From assembly GCA_002840055.1 (NCBI GenBank), contig PGZJ01000004.1, positions 111,236-175,235 on the forward strand: a stretch of DNA of 64,000 nt, written 5' to 3'. Position numbers and translations under genes: made by a program. Below, piece after piece: positions 7,957 to 17,296 of the stretch. The stretch is from Gammaproteobacteria bacterium HGW-Gammaproteobacteria-11 (GTDB taxonomy: Bacteria; Pseudomonadota; Gammaproteobacteria; Pseudomonadales; Pseudomonadaceae). The notes beneath the pieces were generated by a model. It was not told the origin of the DNA. It made no database searches and saw nothing but the letters and a program-made list of their open reading frames with translations. Each line of letters begins with the position of its first letter. The first letter of the stretch is position 1.

Positions 7957-8120
7957 GGGGCTATCCACATGAATTGTTGATCAGATAACCATAGCACAGC
8001 CTTTGTGCACCTGTTTCAGGCTGACGAACGGGTGTTGTCGTTAGTGCAGTTCGCGTAACATTGCTGTCTTATTGTTGTTCCTGTAAGACGACAGTGCTTT
8101 TTATCTGTGATGGAGTTTGA

Positions 8121-9446
8121 ATGCCCGGAAGTCTGTTTGCCTTTTCTTCGTTGTATTTCGCAACCCTGCTGATGCTGCTGGGTAGCGGCTTGTTGAGTAC
8201 CTATCTCGGGCTGCGACTGACCGCAGAGGGGGTCAGTGAGATCTGGATCGGTTTGTTGATGAGTGGCTACTACGCGGGTCTGGTGCTCGGTGCTTCCCTT
8301 GGTCACAGATTGATTGCGCGCGTCGGTCACATCCGTGCCTTTGTTGCCAGTGCCGGGGTGGTTACAGCGTCGGTGCTTGGACATGGCCTGATACCCAGTG
8401 TGGAATTCTGGTTGGTCCTGCGTCTGCTGGTGGGTATGGCGATGATGTGCCAGTACATGGTGCTTGAGAGCTGGTTGAATGAGCAGGCTGAAAGCCACCA
8501 GCGCGGGATGGTTTTTGCCAGCTATATGGCGGTTACCTATCTGGGGCTGGCGTTGGGGCAGGGTGTATTGATGTTGATGCCTGATCTGGATATTCGCCAG
8601 TTGCTGTTGGTATCCATGTGCTTTTCCCTGTGCCTTGTACCTGTAGCACTGACCCGACGGCTGCATCCGGCGCCCCTGCATCCTGCACCCATTAAAATCC
8701 GCTTGTTCCTCAGTCGCATTCCCCAGGCCCTGACTACCGTTCTGGTCTCCGGTTTATTGCTCGGTGCTTTCTATGGTTTGGCGCCGGTTTTTGCTACAGC
8801 GATGGGGCTTGAAAACGCTGATATTGGTGTGTTCATGGCGATAACCATTGTCGCGGGCTTGATCGCGCAGTGGCCGGTCGGCTGGTTATCCGATCGGATG
8901 GATCGTAGTCGGATGATTCAGCTTAGTGCCCTGATATCGGTCGCTGTCATGCTGTTGATTGCGGTTGGCGGTCTGGCCGGCATTGGTTTGTTGGTGCTCA
9001 CCGCCGTGTTTGGTGTCCTGGCCTTTACCCTGTATCCGCTTGCCGTGGCCCTGGCCAATGACCATGTGGATCCGGCAGACCGGGTTGCGCTCTCGGCGAT
9101 GTTGCTGGTGACCTTTGGTCTTGGCGCCAGCATTGGACCCTTGCTCGGCTCACTGGTAATGAAGGTGCTGGATGCGAGCATGCTCTATGTCTTCATGGCC
9201 TGCTGCAGCTTGATACTGGTGATTCGAGTCAGGCCGGAAACGGTCACGGGCGATCACCTGGTAGACGATGCGCCGATACAGTTCATGCCGGCAGCCGGTA
9301 ACCTGGCCAGTTCACCCTTGGCGGCGGCACTGGACCCAAGGGTTGACGAGGAGATGGTCGAGGAACATATGCGCGACGAGATGGATCAATATGCGGTTGT
9401 GCAGTCGCAAAATGATGAGGATCAGGACGATCACCGTCCAGGTTAG
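8121..9446 (+). CDS. MFS transporter (YcaD-like)
   Basis: About 12 hydrophobic helices; RVGHIRAF, ESWLNE and GWLSDRMDR motifs. Confidence 0.88.
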   Translation: MPGSLFAFSSLYFATLLMLLGSGLLSTYLGLRLTAEGVSEIWIGLLMSGYYAGLVLGASLGHRLIARVGHIRAFVASAGVVTASVLGHGLIPSVEFWLVLRLLVGMAMMCQYMVLESWLNEQAESHQRGMVFASYMAVTYLGLALGQGVLMLMPDLDIRQLLLVSMCFSLCLVPVALTRRLHPAPLHPAPIKIRLFLSRIPQALTTVLVSGLLLGAFYGLAPVFATAMGLENADIGVFMAITIVAGLIAQWPVGWLSDRMDRSRMIQLSALISVAVMLLIAVGGLAGIGLLVLTAVFGVLAFTLYPLAVALANDHVDPADRVALSAMLLVTFGLGASIGPLLGSLVMKVLDASMLYVFMACCSLILVIRVRPETVTGDHLVDDAPIQFMPAAGNLASSPLAAALDPRVDEEMVEEHMRDEMDQYAVVQSQNDEDQDDHRPG

Positions 9447-9462
9447 GGCTTGTCTGGCGGAA

Positions 9463-10212
9463 TCAGAACAGGTCTTCTTTTTCCAGTCGCCGTGCTTCGC
9501 GTTGCAGATGGTTGACGAAGCGATCAATCTGGCGCTGGGCCAGCGCGCTGACCTGGCGAAAGCGCAAGCCAACCTGGGTTTCGTCTGAGCCCTCATCGAA
9601 AACTGCATGCCGAATTTCGATTTCAACTGCCACCTGGCCGATATCCGGCAGATCAAGTTGACAGAATTCGAATACATCGCCTGGGGTCAGCAGGGTTCGA
9701 CAGTCACCCTTGAAGCGGCCTTTGCAGCCGGTCGCGGAGATGTCGATCATGCTCCCTTCAACAGACAGGGTCTTCTTGCCATGGACCAGTTTTACGCCTA
9801 CCGCAAGGCTGCGGCGGATTGCTGCGCGATAGGCACCACGTTTCTGATGGTAGATAAGCTCGGTTGGCAACTTGGCCATGTATGCAGGCATATCATCCAG
9901 CATGACCTTTTCCAGGCCTGAACAGTCCCAGCGGATGTGTACCCCTTCACGCCAGGCATCAATACGCATGGACTCCCCCTGGGATGCGAAGCGGTCACCT
10001 TCTCTGGGGATCATTTCATCCAGCCAGATGCGCTTGCTGTCATTGTCCAGCTTGATTATGAAGCTTTGAAATTTCTGAGAACGATCGGTGAAGGTGATGC
10101 TGAGCTGCTCACGGGCCAGATGCAGGTTACGTAAAAGAGAAAAGATCTCTACCGGCGAGCGGACTTCTCGGGGCGCCTGTGGGCCGGCTTCCTGTTCAAA
10201 TAACCTGGACAC
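9463..10212 (-). CDS. ycgR: Flagellar brake protein, PilZ domain (YcgR/FlgZ)
   Basis: QKRGAYR (RxxxR-like) and DISATG (DxSxxG) motifs; downstream of flgN. Confidence 0.9.
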   Translation of the reverse strand: MSRLFEQEAGPQAPREVRSPVEIFSLLRNLHLAREQLSITFTDRSQKFQSFIIKLDNDSKRIWLDEMIPREGDRFASQGESMRIDAWREGVHIRWDCSGLEKVMLDDMPAYMAKLPTELIYHQKRGAYRAAIRRSLAVGVKLVHGKKTLSVEGSMIDISATGCKGRFKGDCRTLLTPGDVFEFCQLDLPDIGQVAVEIEIRHAVFDEGSDETQVGLRFRQVSALAQRQIDRFVNHLQREARRLEKEDLF

Positions 10213-10290
10213 TATGGTTTCTCAATCACGGAGCTCTCAATCACTGAGAAGGATAAGGGGTTTGCCATGCGATGGCATTTTGGCATCCAT

Positions 10291-10752
10291 TCAAGCCTTG
10301 CTCAAGCTTCGATTGTTTGAACCTCGGCTGGTGATGCCCTGACTGTCGTAAACGTGCTGGCTGGACTCGCCTTGGTTGCGCAGAAGATCCAGCAGGTGGC
10401 CGGTAGCCTGTTGGTTGTGTCTGACCAGTCGGGCATTGCGTTCGTTGGCACTGTTGCAGCGTTCGAGCGCATCCTTGAAGGATTGAAATTGCTGTTTGAC
10501 AGTATCACTGGCGTGGGTAAGAACCCATTGCTCCAGGTCAGGCCCGGGAAGTATGCCATGTTCCTTGCAAAGCCGAGAGATGAGCTGATCGTGTTCAGTC
10601 AGCGTGTTGATCAGAGGGGCCTTTTCGGCCAAAAGAACTTCCAGGCTTGCCATATCCCGGGCAATCAGCAAATCCCTTTCTCTATCGAGCAGATAAGCAA
10701 AGTCCAGGCAATTCTGGCTGGCGTTGGCAAAGAGGTGTTCAAACTGTTCCAT
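10291..10752 (-). CDS. flgN: Flagellar export chaperone FlgN
   Basis: ATG at 10752 with GGAG; C...NERN and YD.QG motifs; follows flgM. Confidence 0.88.
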   Translation of the reverse strand: MEQFEHLFANASQNCLDFAYLLDRERDLLIARDMASLEVLLAEKAPLINTLTEHDQLISRLCKEHGILPGPDLEQWVLTHASDTVKQQFQSFKDALERCNSANERNARLVRHNQQATGHLLDLLRNQGESSQHVYDSQGITSRGSNNRSLSKA

Positions 10753-10804
10753 CCGGATGCTCCGCTTTAACAGGTTAAGCAAAGTCTCCGGATGGTAATC
10801 CGGA

Positions 10805-11125
10805 TTACTCTTCCAGAGCCAGCAGCTTGTCAGCAATTTTGCTGCTGTCAGCCTGGTAGGTCCCTTCGCTGATGGCCTGGCGCAATTGGGCGACACGCTC
10901 ATTGTCAACCACGGGCAGATCGCGCAGGCGTTCTTCAATGGTTTGAATTTGCTGGGCCTGACTGCTGAGTGTTACACCGCCATCACGGGGTGGCGGGGAA
11001 GACACCTCGGGTTGTGCTGTCGCACGCGGGGCGTCCACTGCATCGCGTTTGCCGTTATTTGCACCTGTCTGCGCGCTACGGCTGGCGCCGTTGCTGCTAT
11101 TGGATGCGTTGAAGTCGATAACCAT
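10805..11125 (-). CDS. flgM: Anti-sigma-28 factor FlgM
   Basis: VTLS...VDNERVAQLRQAISEGTY..D...IADKLL. Confidence 0.95.
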   Translation of the reverse strand: MVIDFNASNSSNGASRSAQTGANNGKRDAVDAPRATAQPEVSSPPPRDGGVTLSSQAQQIQTIEERLRDLPVVDNERVAQLRQAISEGTYQADSSKIADKLLALEE

Positions 11126-11163
11126 TCTGTTTTCCTCAGAACCTGAATGTTTTACTGAACTCT

Positions 11164-11190
11164 ATAACGGCAGGTAGGCCAGAAACTTTA
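11164..11190 (-). promoter_or_regulatory. Sigma28 promoter for flgM-flgN
   Basis: TAAAGTTT-N11-GCCGTTAT on the minus strand. Confidence 0.85.
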
Positions 11191-11266
11191 GAAAAAAATA
11201 GTGTGAACCAATACACATTTTCCATATGGCTCACAGCGTTCAGTCTACCCCATATCAAGGTCATTT

Positions 11267-11980
11267 TCACAGGGCCACTTCTACTTGCCCTGGACCCAGA
11301 ACACGGGCCGAGATAACCCGCCCGGAACGGCTGTTGCGCACCCGGATCTGGCTACCTGTATTCCCGCTTTCCAGCGCCTCACCAGGCATGCGTACATCTA
11401 TCTGTGGGTTGCTTGCGCTAATAACGACCTTGTCACCACGCTTGACCACTTCGTCCTGTTCAAGCACGTTGGGTGCCAGCACAGTGTCGACCCCAAGCTG
11501 TCGTCTCAGGCGCATGCCGACAACCTGTTGCGGGTCCGTCAAATAGGCGTTGCCCAGCAAGCCGACGTCACGTTCCAGCATGGCGATGTCCGCAGGGCTG
11601 ATGAGGCTGTGTCGCGGCAACGGGCGGGTAAGAACGAGAACCGGCTGGAACAGGCTGACCTGGGCTGGAACAAACAGGCGCCACCTGACGGTCGGGCTCT
11701 CGCAACTTACCCGCACGGTAACGCGTCCGACTGGCTCGGCTGGGCTCTCCAGGCTGGCATTCAGGGATTGTTCAGGGCAAAGCGGTAGGCGTAATCGTGG
11801 ATCCAGGCGATTGACCTGGATCTGGTGGCGAGCATCGCGTCCACTGTTGGCAAGATGCTCTTGTATTTCCTGCTCAAGAAAGTGCTCAGTCGTGCCGATA
11901 AGCTGTTCGATCAGCGGGTTGGCTGAAAGGCCGGCGCAAAAAAATATCGGCAAGACCGCGCACCCTGTGAGAAAACGCAT
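11267..11980 (-). CDS. flgA: P-ring formation chaperone FlgA
   Basis: LDPRLRL..C, SAF domain, GEALESG..G.QIRVRN..SGR. Confidence 0.93.
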   Translation of the reverse strand: MRFLTGCAVLPIFFCAGLSANPLIEQLIGTTEHFLEQEIQEHLANSGRDARHQIQVNRLDPRLRLPLCPEQSLNASLESPAEPVGRVTVRVSCESPTVRWRLFVPAQVSLFQPVLVLTRPLPRHSLISPADIAMLERDVGLLGNAYLTDPQQVVGMRLRRQLGVDTVLAPNVLEQDEVVKRGDKVVISASNPQIDVRMPGEALESGNTGSQIRVRNSRSGRVISARVLGPGQVEVAL

Positions 11981-12011
11981 ACAATTAACCCTGATGACCT
12001 TTGGTTTGGTT

Positions 12012-12068
12012 TGTCAAAATAATGTCTTTGACAGACGCTTTCCTTAATCAGCAGCAAAATGCGTGCCG
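12012..12068 (-). promoter_or_regulatory. Sigma54 promoter for flgA (12053-12068) with a leader dyad TGTCAAA-N8-TTTGACA (12012-12033), possible FleQ site
   Basis: CGGCAC-N5-TTGCT on the minus strand; the FleQ assignment is inference. Confidence 0.65.
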
Positions 12069-12096
12069 CTTTCCCAGCAATCATGAGGAGCTTCCT

Positions 12097-13038
12097 ATGG
12101 CTGGCGTAATGGATTCGGTCAACCAGAGAACCCAGTTGGTAGGCCAGAATCGCCTTGAACTCTTGCTGTTCCGGCTTTCCGGTTCGCAGCTGTATGGCAT
12201 CAACGTTTTCAAGGTCAAGGAGGTGTTGCAATGCCCCAAGTTGACCCTGTTGCCGCGTTTGAATCCGGTTGTTCGAGGCGTGGCACATATTCGTGGTGGT
12301 ACCCTGCCTATAATTGATTTGAACAAGGCAACCGGTGGACCCGGGCTGGAAGATCTGTCCACGGCTTTTGTCATCATTACCGAATACAACTACCGCGTGC
12401 AGGGTTTTCTGGTGCGATCGGTGGAACGCATCGTCAATATGAACTGGTCGGAGATTCATCCGCCACCAAGGGGCACAGGTCGTGACCATTACCTGACAGC
12501 GGTCACCCGTGTGGACGACAAGATGGTGGAAATCATCGACGTTGAGAAGATTCTTGCCGAGGTGGTGCCCACGGTAGAGACCATTTCCGACGGCGTCATT
12601 GACCAGCAGACCCAGGTCGAGGCTCAGGCCAGTCGGGTTCTGATCGTTGATGATTCTTCAGTGGCTCGCAAGCAGGTCATGCGCTGTTTGCAGGAGGTTG
12701 GCGTTGAAGTGGTTGCGCTTAACGACGGCAAGCAAGCCTTGAACTACCTGAAGGATATTGCTGATCGCGGTGAGTCGATTGACAAGCACCTGCTGATGAT
12801 GGTCTCGGATATCGAGATGCCGGAGATGGATGGCTATACCTTGACCGCAGAAGTGCGTAACGATCCGCGGATTAGTAGCCTGCATATTTTGTTGCACACC
12901 TCGTTGTCAGGGGTGTTCAATCAGGCCATGGTCAAGAAGGTAGGTGCCGATGACTTTTTAGCCAAATTCAAGCCTGATGAGTTGGCACAGCGGGTTATCG
13001 ATCGCATTCATGCACTGCGGGTAGCGCCAGATGCTTGA
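12097..13038 (+). CDS. cheV: Chemotaxis protein CheV (CheW + REC)
   Basis: GAGGAG RBS; NRLELLLF, YGINVFKV and DIEMPEMDG. Confidence 0.95.
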   Translation: MAGVMDSVNQRTQLVGQNRLELLLFRLSGSQLYGINVFKVKEVLQCPKLTLLPRLNPVVRGVAHIRGGTLPIIDLNKATGGPGLEDLSTAFVIITEYNYRVQGFLVRSVERIVNMNWSEIHPPPRGTGRDHYLTAVTRVDDKMVEIIDVEKILAEVVPTVETISDGVIDQQTQVEAQASRVLIVDDSSVARKQVMRCLQEVGVEVVALNDGKQALNYLKDIADRGESIDKHLLMMVSDIEMPEMDGYTLTAEVRNDPRISSLHILLHTSLSGVFNQAMVKKVGADDFLAKFKPDELAQRVIDRIHALRVAPDA

Positions 13039-13062
13039 GGTTGGAATCAAACTGACAATGGG

Positions 13063-13899
13063 ATGGACTGTGTGACCTCAGCCAACAAGGATTTTCAGGT
13101 TTTTCGCGAATTTCTGGAAAAAGCCTGTGGCATTGTGCTCGGGGATAACAAGCAGTACCTGGTCGCCAGCCGGCTCAATAGGCTTATGGAGCAACAGGGT
13201 ATCGGCAGTCTGGGTGAGCTGGTCACGCGCATTCAGTCGCAACCCCGTGCCGGATTGCGAGAAGCCGTCGTAGACGCCATGACCACCAATGAAACCTTGT
13301 GGTTTCGTGATGTTTATCCCTTCGAGGTGCTGAAGGCCCGGCTTATACCCGAGTTCATCAAAAACAATCCCGGTCAGCGTTTGCGTATCTGGTCAGCGGC
13401 CTGTTCGTCTGGTCAGGAACCCTATTCACTGAGTATGAGCATTGATGAATTCGAGCGCAGTAATCTGGGTCAATTGCGCGGGGGCGCACAAATAGTTGCT
13501 ACGGATCTGTCGGGCGGAATTCTGACCGCCGCCAAATCAGCTGAGTACGATAGCCTGTCGGTGGCTCGCGGCTTGTCGACGGAGAGACTGACACGCTATT
13601 TCGACCAATCCGGCCCGGGCCGTTGGGTGGTCAAGCAGCCGATACGCAATCGAGTGGAGTTCAGGGCGCTCAACCTGCTCGACAACTATGCCATGCTGGG
13701 CAAGTTCGATATCGTCTTTTGCCGCAATGTACTGATCTATTTTTCTGCCGAACTCAAGCTCGATATCCTGCGCCGCATTCATGCGACCCTCAAACCCGGC
13801 GGCTACCTGATGCTGGGCGCGTCTGAAGCCCTCAATGGCCTGCCGCAGCTGTACCAGATGGTGCAGTGCAGCCCGGGCATTGTTTACAAGGCCAAATAG
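13063..13899 (+). CDS. cheR: Chemotaxis methyltransferase CheR
   Basis: TTNETLWFRD, IWSAACSSGQEPYS, FCRNVLIYF. Confidence 0.96.
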   Translation: MDCVTSANKDFQVFREFLEKACGIVLGDNKQYLVASRLNRLMEQQGIGSLGELVTRIQSQPRAGLREAVVDAMTTNETLWFRDVYPFEVLKARLIPEFIKNNPGQRLRIWSAACSSGQEPYSLSMSIDEFERSNLGQLRGGAQIVATDLSGGILTAAKSAEYDSLSVARGLSTERLTRYFDQSGPGRWVVKQPIRNRVEFRALNLLDNYAMLGKFDIVFCRNVLIYFSAELKLDILRRIHATLKPGGYLMLGASEALNGLPQLYQMVQCSPGIVYKAK

Positions 13900-14006
13900 G
13901 GCCTGCACCTCCAGGTAATCGCACTACTTCTGCTTTTGCTCTCTGACCGCCATTGGCTTTGCCGGTGGCCGGACACTGATTGCCACCTGCCAGTCTGTTT
14001 ATTTCT

Positions 14007-14053
14007 CAAGTATTTGAAATTTATATGTTTTTAATTTTGGCACGCTGATTGCT
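14007..14053 (+). promoter_or_regulatory. Sigma54 promoter of flgBCDE with an IHF-like site
   Basis: TGGCAC-N5-TTGCT at 14038-14053; CAAGTATTTGAAA at 14007-14019 in an AT-rich tract. Confidence 0.85.
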
Positions 14054-14108
14054 TTGTAATTCCACAGAGACAGTTGGTGGCGAGACTTTGCCGCCCTGAG
14101 GAGTGGAT

Positions 14109-14513
14109 ATGAGCATCAGTTTTGACAAAGCGCTGGGAATACACGAGCAAGCCCTGAACTTCCGCGGGCAACGGGCTGCTGTGCTGGCGAACAACATTGC
14201 CAATGCCGAAACCCCCAATTACAAGGCGCGGGACCTGGACTTTGCCAGTGTGTTGGCCAGCCAGGCCGGTGATCAGGGGCAACAGTTTGCCGCTCGGCAA
14301 ACCCATTCTGAACACATCACGGCCGAAAACTTCATAGATCAAGCAGCTGGCTTGCGTTTCCGTACACCCTTGCAGCCTGCCATCGATGGCAACACCGTTG
14401 ACACCCAGCTTGAACAGGCTGAGTTCGCCAAGAATGCCATCGATCTGCAGGCCAGTTTCACCTTCCTGAATTCCAAGTTCAAGGGGCTGATGACCGCCCT
14501 GAGAGGAGACTAA
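14109..14513 (+). CDS. flgB: Basal-body rod protein FlgB
   Basis: LANNIANAETPNYKARD, DGNTVD. Confidence 0.96.
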   Translation: MSISFDKALGIHEQALNFRGQRAAVLANNIANAETPNYKARDLDFASVLASQAGDQGQQFAARQTHSEHITAENFIDQAAGLRFRTPLQPAIDGNTVDTQLEQAEFAKNAIDLQASFTFLNSKFKGLMTALRGD

Positions 14514-14516
14514 GCC

Positions 14517-14957
14517 ATGTCCCTGAGTGATGTATTCAATATTTCCGGATCGGGCATGAGCGCCCAGTCTGTTCGTCTTAATACGGTGGCCAGCAACATT
14601 GCCAATGCCGAAACCGTCTCCAGCAGCATTGACCAGACCTACCGTGCCCGACATCCGGTGTTTGCCACCGTGTTCAACAGTCAGACCGGGATGGGGCCGT
14701 CGCTGTTTGCCGATCAGGAGCAGGCCGGTCAGGGTGTTCAGGTTCAGGGTGTGGTCGAGTCGGATGCAGCCTTGCAACCGCGTTACGAGCCGGATCATCC
14801 AATGGCCAATGAAGAAGGTTATGTGTTCTACCCCAACGTCAATGTGGTCGAGGAGATGGCCAACATGATGGCCGCTTCACGTGCCTACCAGACCAACGTC
14901 GAAATCATGAATGCGGCCAAGACCATGTTGCAACGCGTTCTCACACTGGGCCAATAA
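14517..14957 (+). CDS. flgC: Basal-body rod protein FlgC
   Basis: ASNIANA, YEPDHP.A...GYV.YPNVN. Confidence 0.96.
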   Translation: MSLSDVFNISGSGMSAQSVRLNTVASNIANAETVSSSIDQTYRARHPVFATVFNSQTGMGPSLFADQEQAGQGVQVQGVVESDAALQPRYEPDHPMANEEGYVFYPNVNVVEEMANMMAASRAYQTNVEIMNAAKTMLQRVLTLGQ

Positions 14958-14972
14958 AGGGAGTAATCAACA

Positions 14973-15659
14973 ATGAGCATAAGTAGCGCACTCGGTGTGG
15001 GTGCCAACGCGCTGGATCAGTATCAGATTGATCAAGGCCGTGGCGTAAAAGGTGACGAGCTGGGCAAGGATCAGTTCCTGACTCTGCTGGTGACCCAGCT
15101 GAACAACCAGGATCCGCTGGCGCCCCAGGAAAATGGCGAGTTCATTGCCCAGTTGGCGCAATTCAGTACGGTCGAAGGCATCGAGACACTCAATACCAGC
15201 ATGGAGGCCTTGCTCAGTGGTTACCAGTCGTCCCAGGCTCTGCAGGCCTCGGCGCTGGTGGGTCGCAAGGTCATAGTACCGTCTGACAAGGCGATGGTGG
15301 ATACCACTCAAGGCATAAAGGGGCAGCTGGCCCTGCCGCAGCCCAGTAACAACGTGTATGTCAATGTCATGGCGGACGACGGCAGTCTGGTGACCCGGAT
15401 CAACCTGGGTAACAAGGCCGAGGGTATGCATGATTTCGTCTGGGACGGTACGGATGACAGCGGCAATATCATGCCGCCCGGACGTTACACCTTTGAAGCC
15501 ATGGCGGTTCAGGATGGCGGTAACAAACAGTTGGCTACCTTGTTGCCGGCAAACGTGGACAGTGTCTCGCTGGGCAACGGTACCGGCGGGCAAATGATGT
15601 TGAATGTCGCCGGGCTTGGCAGTATCAGCCTGTCGAACGTGTACTCAATCAGTCAATAA
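14973..15659 (+). CDS. flgD: Hook capping protein FlgD
   Basis: FLTLLVTQLNNQDPL, QLAQFSTVEG, WDG. Confidence 0.96.
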   Translation: MSISSALGVGANALDQYQIDQGRGVKGDELGKDQFLTLLVTQLNNQDPLAPQENGEFIAQLAQFSTVEGIETLNTSMEALLSGYQSSQALQASALVGRKVIVPSDKAMVDTTQGIKGQLALPQPSNNVYVNVMADDGSLVTRINLGNKAEGMHDFVWDGTDDSGNIMPPGRYTFEAMAVQDGGNKQLATLLPANVDSVSLGNGTGGQMMLNVAGLGSISLSNVYSISQ

Positions 15660-15694
15660 CAGTCGTCCGATCCCGTATCGGCAGGAGCAGAATC

Positions 15695-17098
15695 ATGTCT
15701 TTTAACGTGGGTTTGAGTGGTATTCGGGCGGCGTCATCGGATCTGAATATTACCGGTAATAATATCGCCAACGCTGGCACAGTGGGCTTCAAGAGCTCGC
15801 GCGCCGAATTTGCCGATGTCTATGGTGCATCCCTGCTTGGGTCCGGCAGCAATGCGCTTGGCAGTGGTGTTCTGCTGGGTGATGTTGCGCAGCAGTTTAC
15901 CCAGGGCAACATCAATTTCACCGAGAACAGTCTGGATCTGGCCATCAATGGCAATGGATTCTTTGTCACCAGCAATCAGGGCGCCTTGAGTTATACCCGT
16001 GCCGGTTACTTTGGCACCGATCGTGAAGGCTTCATTGCCAACAACTTTGGTGAGCGGTTGCAGGGCTTTGGTGTCAATGCGGTTACTGGCCAGATCAACC
16101 AAGGTGTGCAGACCGACCTGCGGGTTGATACCCGTTCGGCTGATCCGAATGCCACCTCCATTATTGATTCAACACTGAATCTGAACTCGACCAATACCCG
16201 TCCGGTTATCTGGCAACAGGGCTACGACACGGCGTATAACGCATCGATTGCCGGAGCAGTTGACCCGCTGAACCCAACGCCAGCGGAAATTGCCACAGCC
16301 GAAGCCGCCGGTCTGGCAGCCGGTCGCGATACTTTTGATCCGACCAACTCGGCAACCTACAACAGTTCAACCTCGGTTAATATTTTTGACAGTCTGGGCA
16401 ACCCGCATACCCTGACCAAGTACTTTGTCAAAACCGACGGTAATAGTTGGGACATGTTCACCCTGATCGATGGCCGTCAGGTCACCAACGATCCGCTGAC
16501 CAACAATGCATTGCCGACTGATGCAGCCTTTAATCCACAGCCTGTTGCACTGACCTTCAATAGTGTTGGCCAGTTGACCACGCCGCAGCCGCTGAGCAAC
16601 ATCAGCAACTGGGTGCCGCTGGATCCGACGGGTTTGCCCACCGGCGCAGATTCGCCGGCGGCCTTTGATATCAATCTCACCGGCACCACCCAGTTTGCCT
16701 CCAGTTTTGCCGTGACGGCGGTAGTACAGGATGGTTTCACTACCGGTGAGCTGGCTGGCCTTGAAATTGACGATACCGGCTTGCTGGTTGCCCGCTATAC
16801 CAATGGTCAGACCCGCGTTCAGGGTCAGGTGGTGCTGGCAACCTTCGCCAACCAGCAGGGCCTGACTCCGCTCGGCAAAACAGCCTGGGCGCAGTCCTTT
16901 GCCTCGGGTGAGCCGGTGGTCGGCGCACCCACCACAGGTACGCTGGGTACCATTCAGTCCGGCGCGCTGGAACAGTCCAACGTGGACTTGTCCGAGCAGT
17001 TGATCAACCTGATCATTGCCCAGCGCAACTACCAGGCCAATGCCAAGACGATCCAGACTGAAGATGCGGTAACCCAGACCATCATCAACCTGCGTTAA
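15695..17098 (+). CDS. flgE: Hook protein FlgE
   Basis: GNNIAN..T.GFK, GALEQSNVDL, QRNYQANAK. Confidence 0.96.
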   Translation: MSFNVGLSGIRAASSDLNITGNNIANAGTVGFKSSRAEFADVYGASLLGSGSNALGSGVLLGDVAQQFTQGNINFTENSLDLAINGNGFFVTSNQGALSYTRAGYFGTDREGFIANNFGERLQGFGVNAVTGQINQGVQTDLRVDTRSADPNATSIIDSTLNLNSTNTRPVIWQQGYDTAYNASIAGAVDPLNPTPAEIATAEAAGLAAGRDTFDPTNSATYNSSTSVNIFDSLGNPHTLTKYFVKTDGNSWDMFTLIDGRQVTNDPLTNNALPTDAAFNPQPVALTFNSVGQLTTPQPLSNISNWVPLDPTGLPTGADSPAAFDINLTGTTQFASSFAVTAVVQDGFTTGELAGLEIDDTGLLVARYTNGQTRVQGQVVLATFANQQGLTPLGKTAWAQSFASGEPVVGAPTTGTLGTIQSGALEQSNVDLSEQLINLIIAQRNYQANAKTIQTEDAVTQTIINLR

Positions 17099-17126
17099 GC
17101 CGCCTTCCGGATCATCCGGAAGCGAT

Positions 17127-17173
17127 ATGGCAATACCGGCAAGTTTTCGCCTGCCGGTGTTGCCATTTTTTTT
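17127..17173 (+). terminator. Long hairpin plus T run after flgE; its GGCAA/TTGCC dyads may double as activator sites for flgF
   Basis: ATGGCAATACCGGCA...TGCCGGTGTTGCCAT then a T run; second hairpin CTTCCGGAT-C-ATCCGGAAG at 17104-17122. Confidence 0.65.
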
Positions 17174-17183
17174 GCTTTGAACC

Positions 17184-17241
17184 CAACTCATTGAAATTAT
17201 TTGCTTATTTAATAGTTATCATGCTTGGCACGATATCTGCT
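17184..17241 (+). promoter_or_regulatory. Sigma54 promoter of flgF-L with an IHF-like site
   Basis: TGGCAC-N5-CTGCT at 17226-17241; CAACTCATTGAAA at 17184-17196. Confidence 0.8.
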
Positions 17242-17296
17242 TGATTACCTGTAACAGCGACAAAGCGGCAATAACTTGTCGATACGGGAGTAGAGC

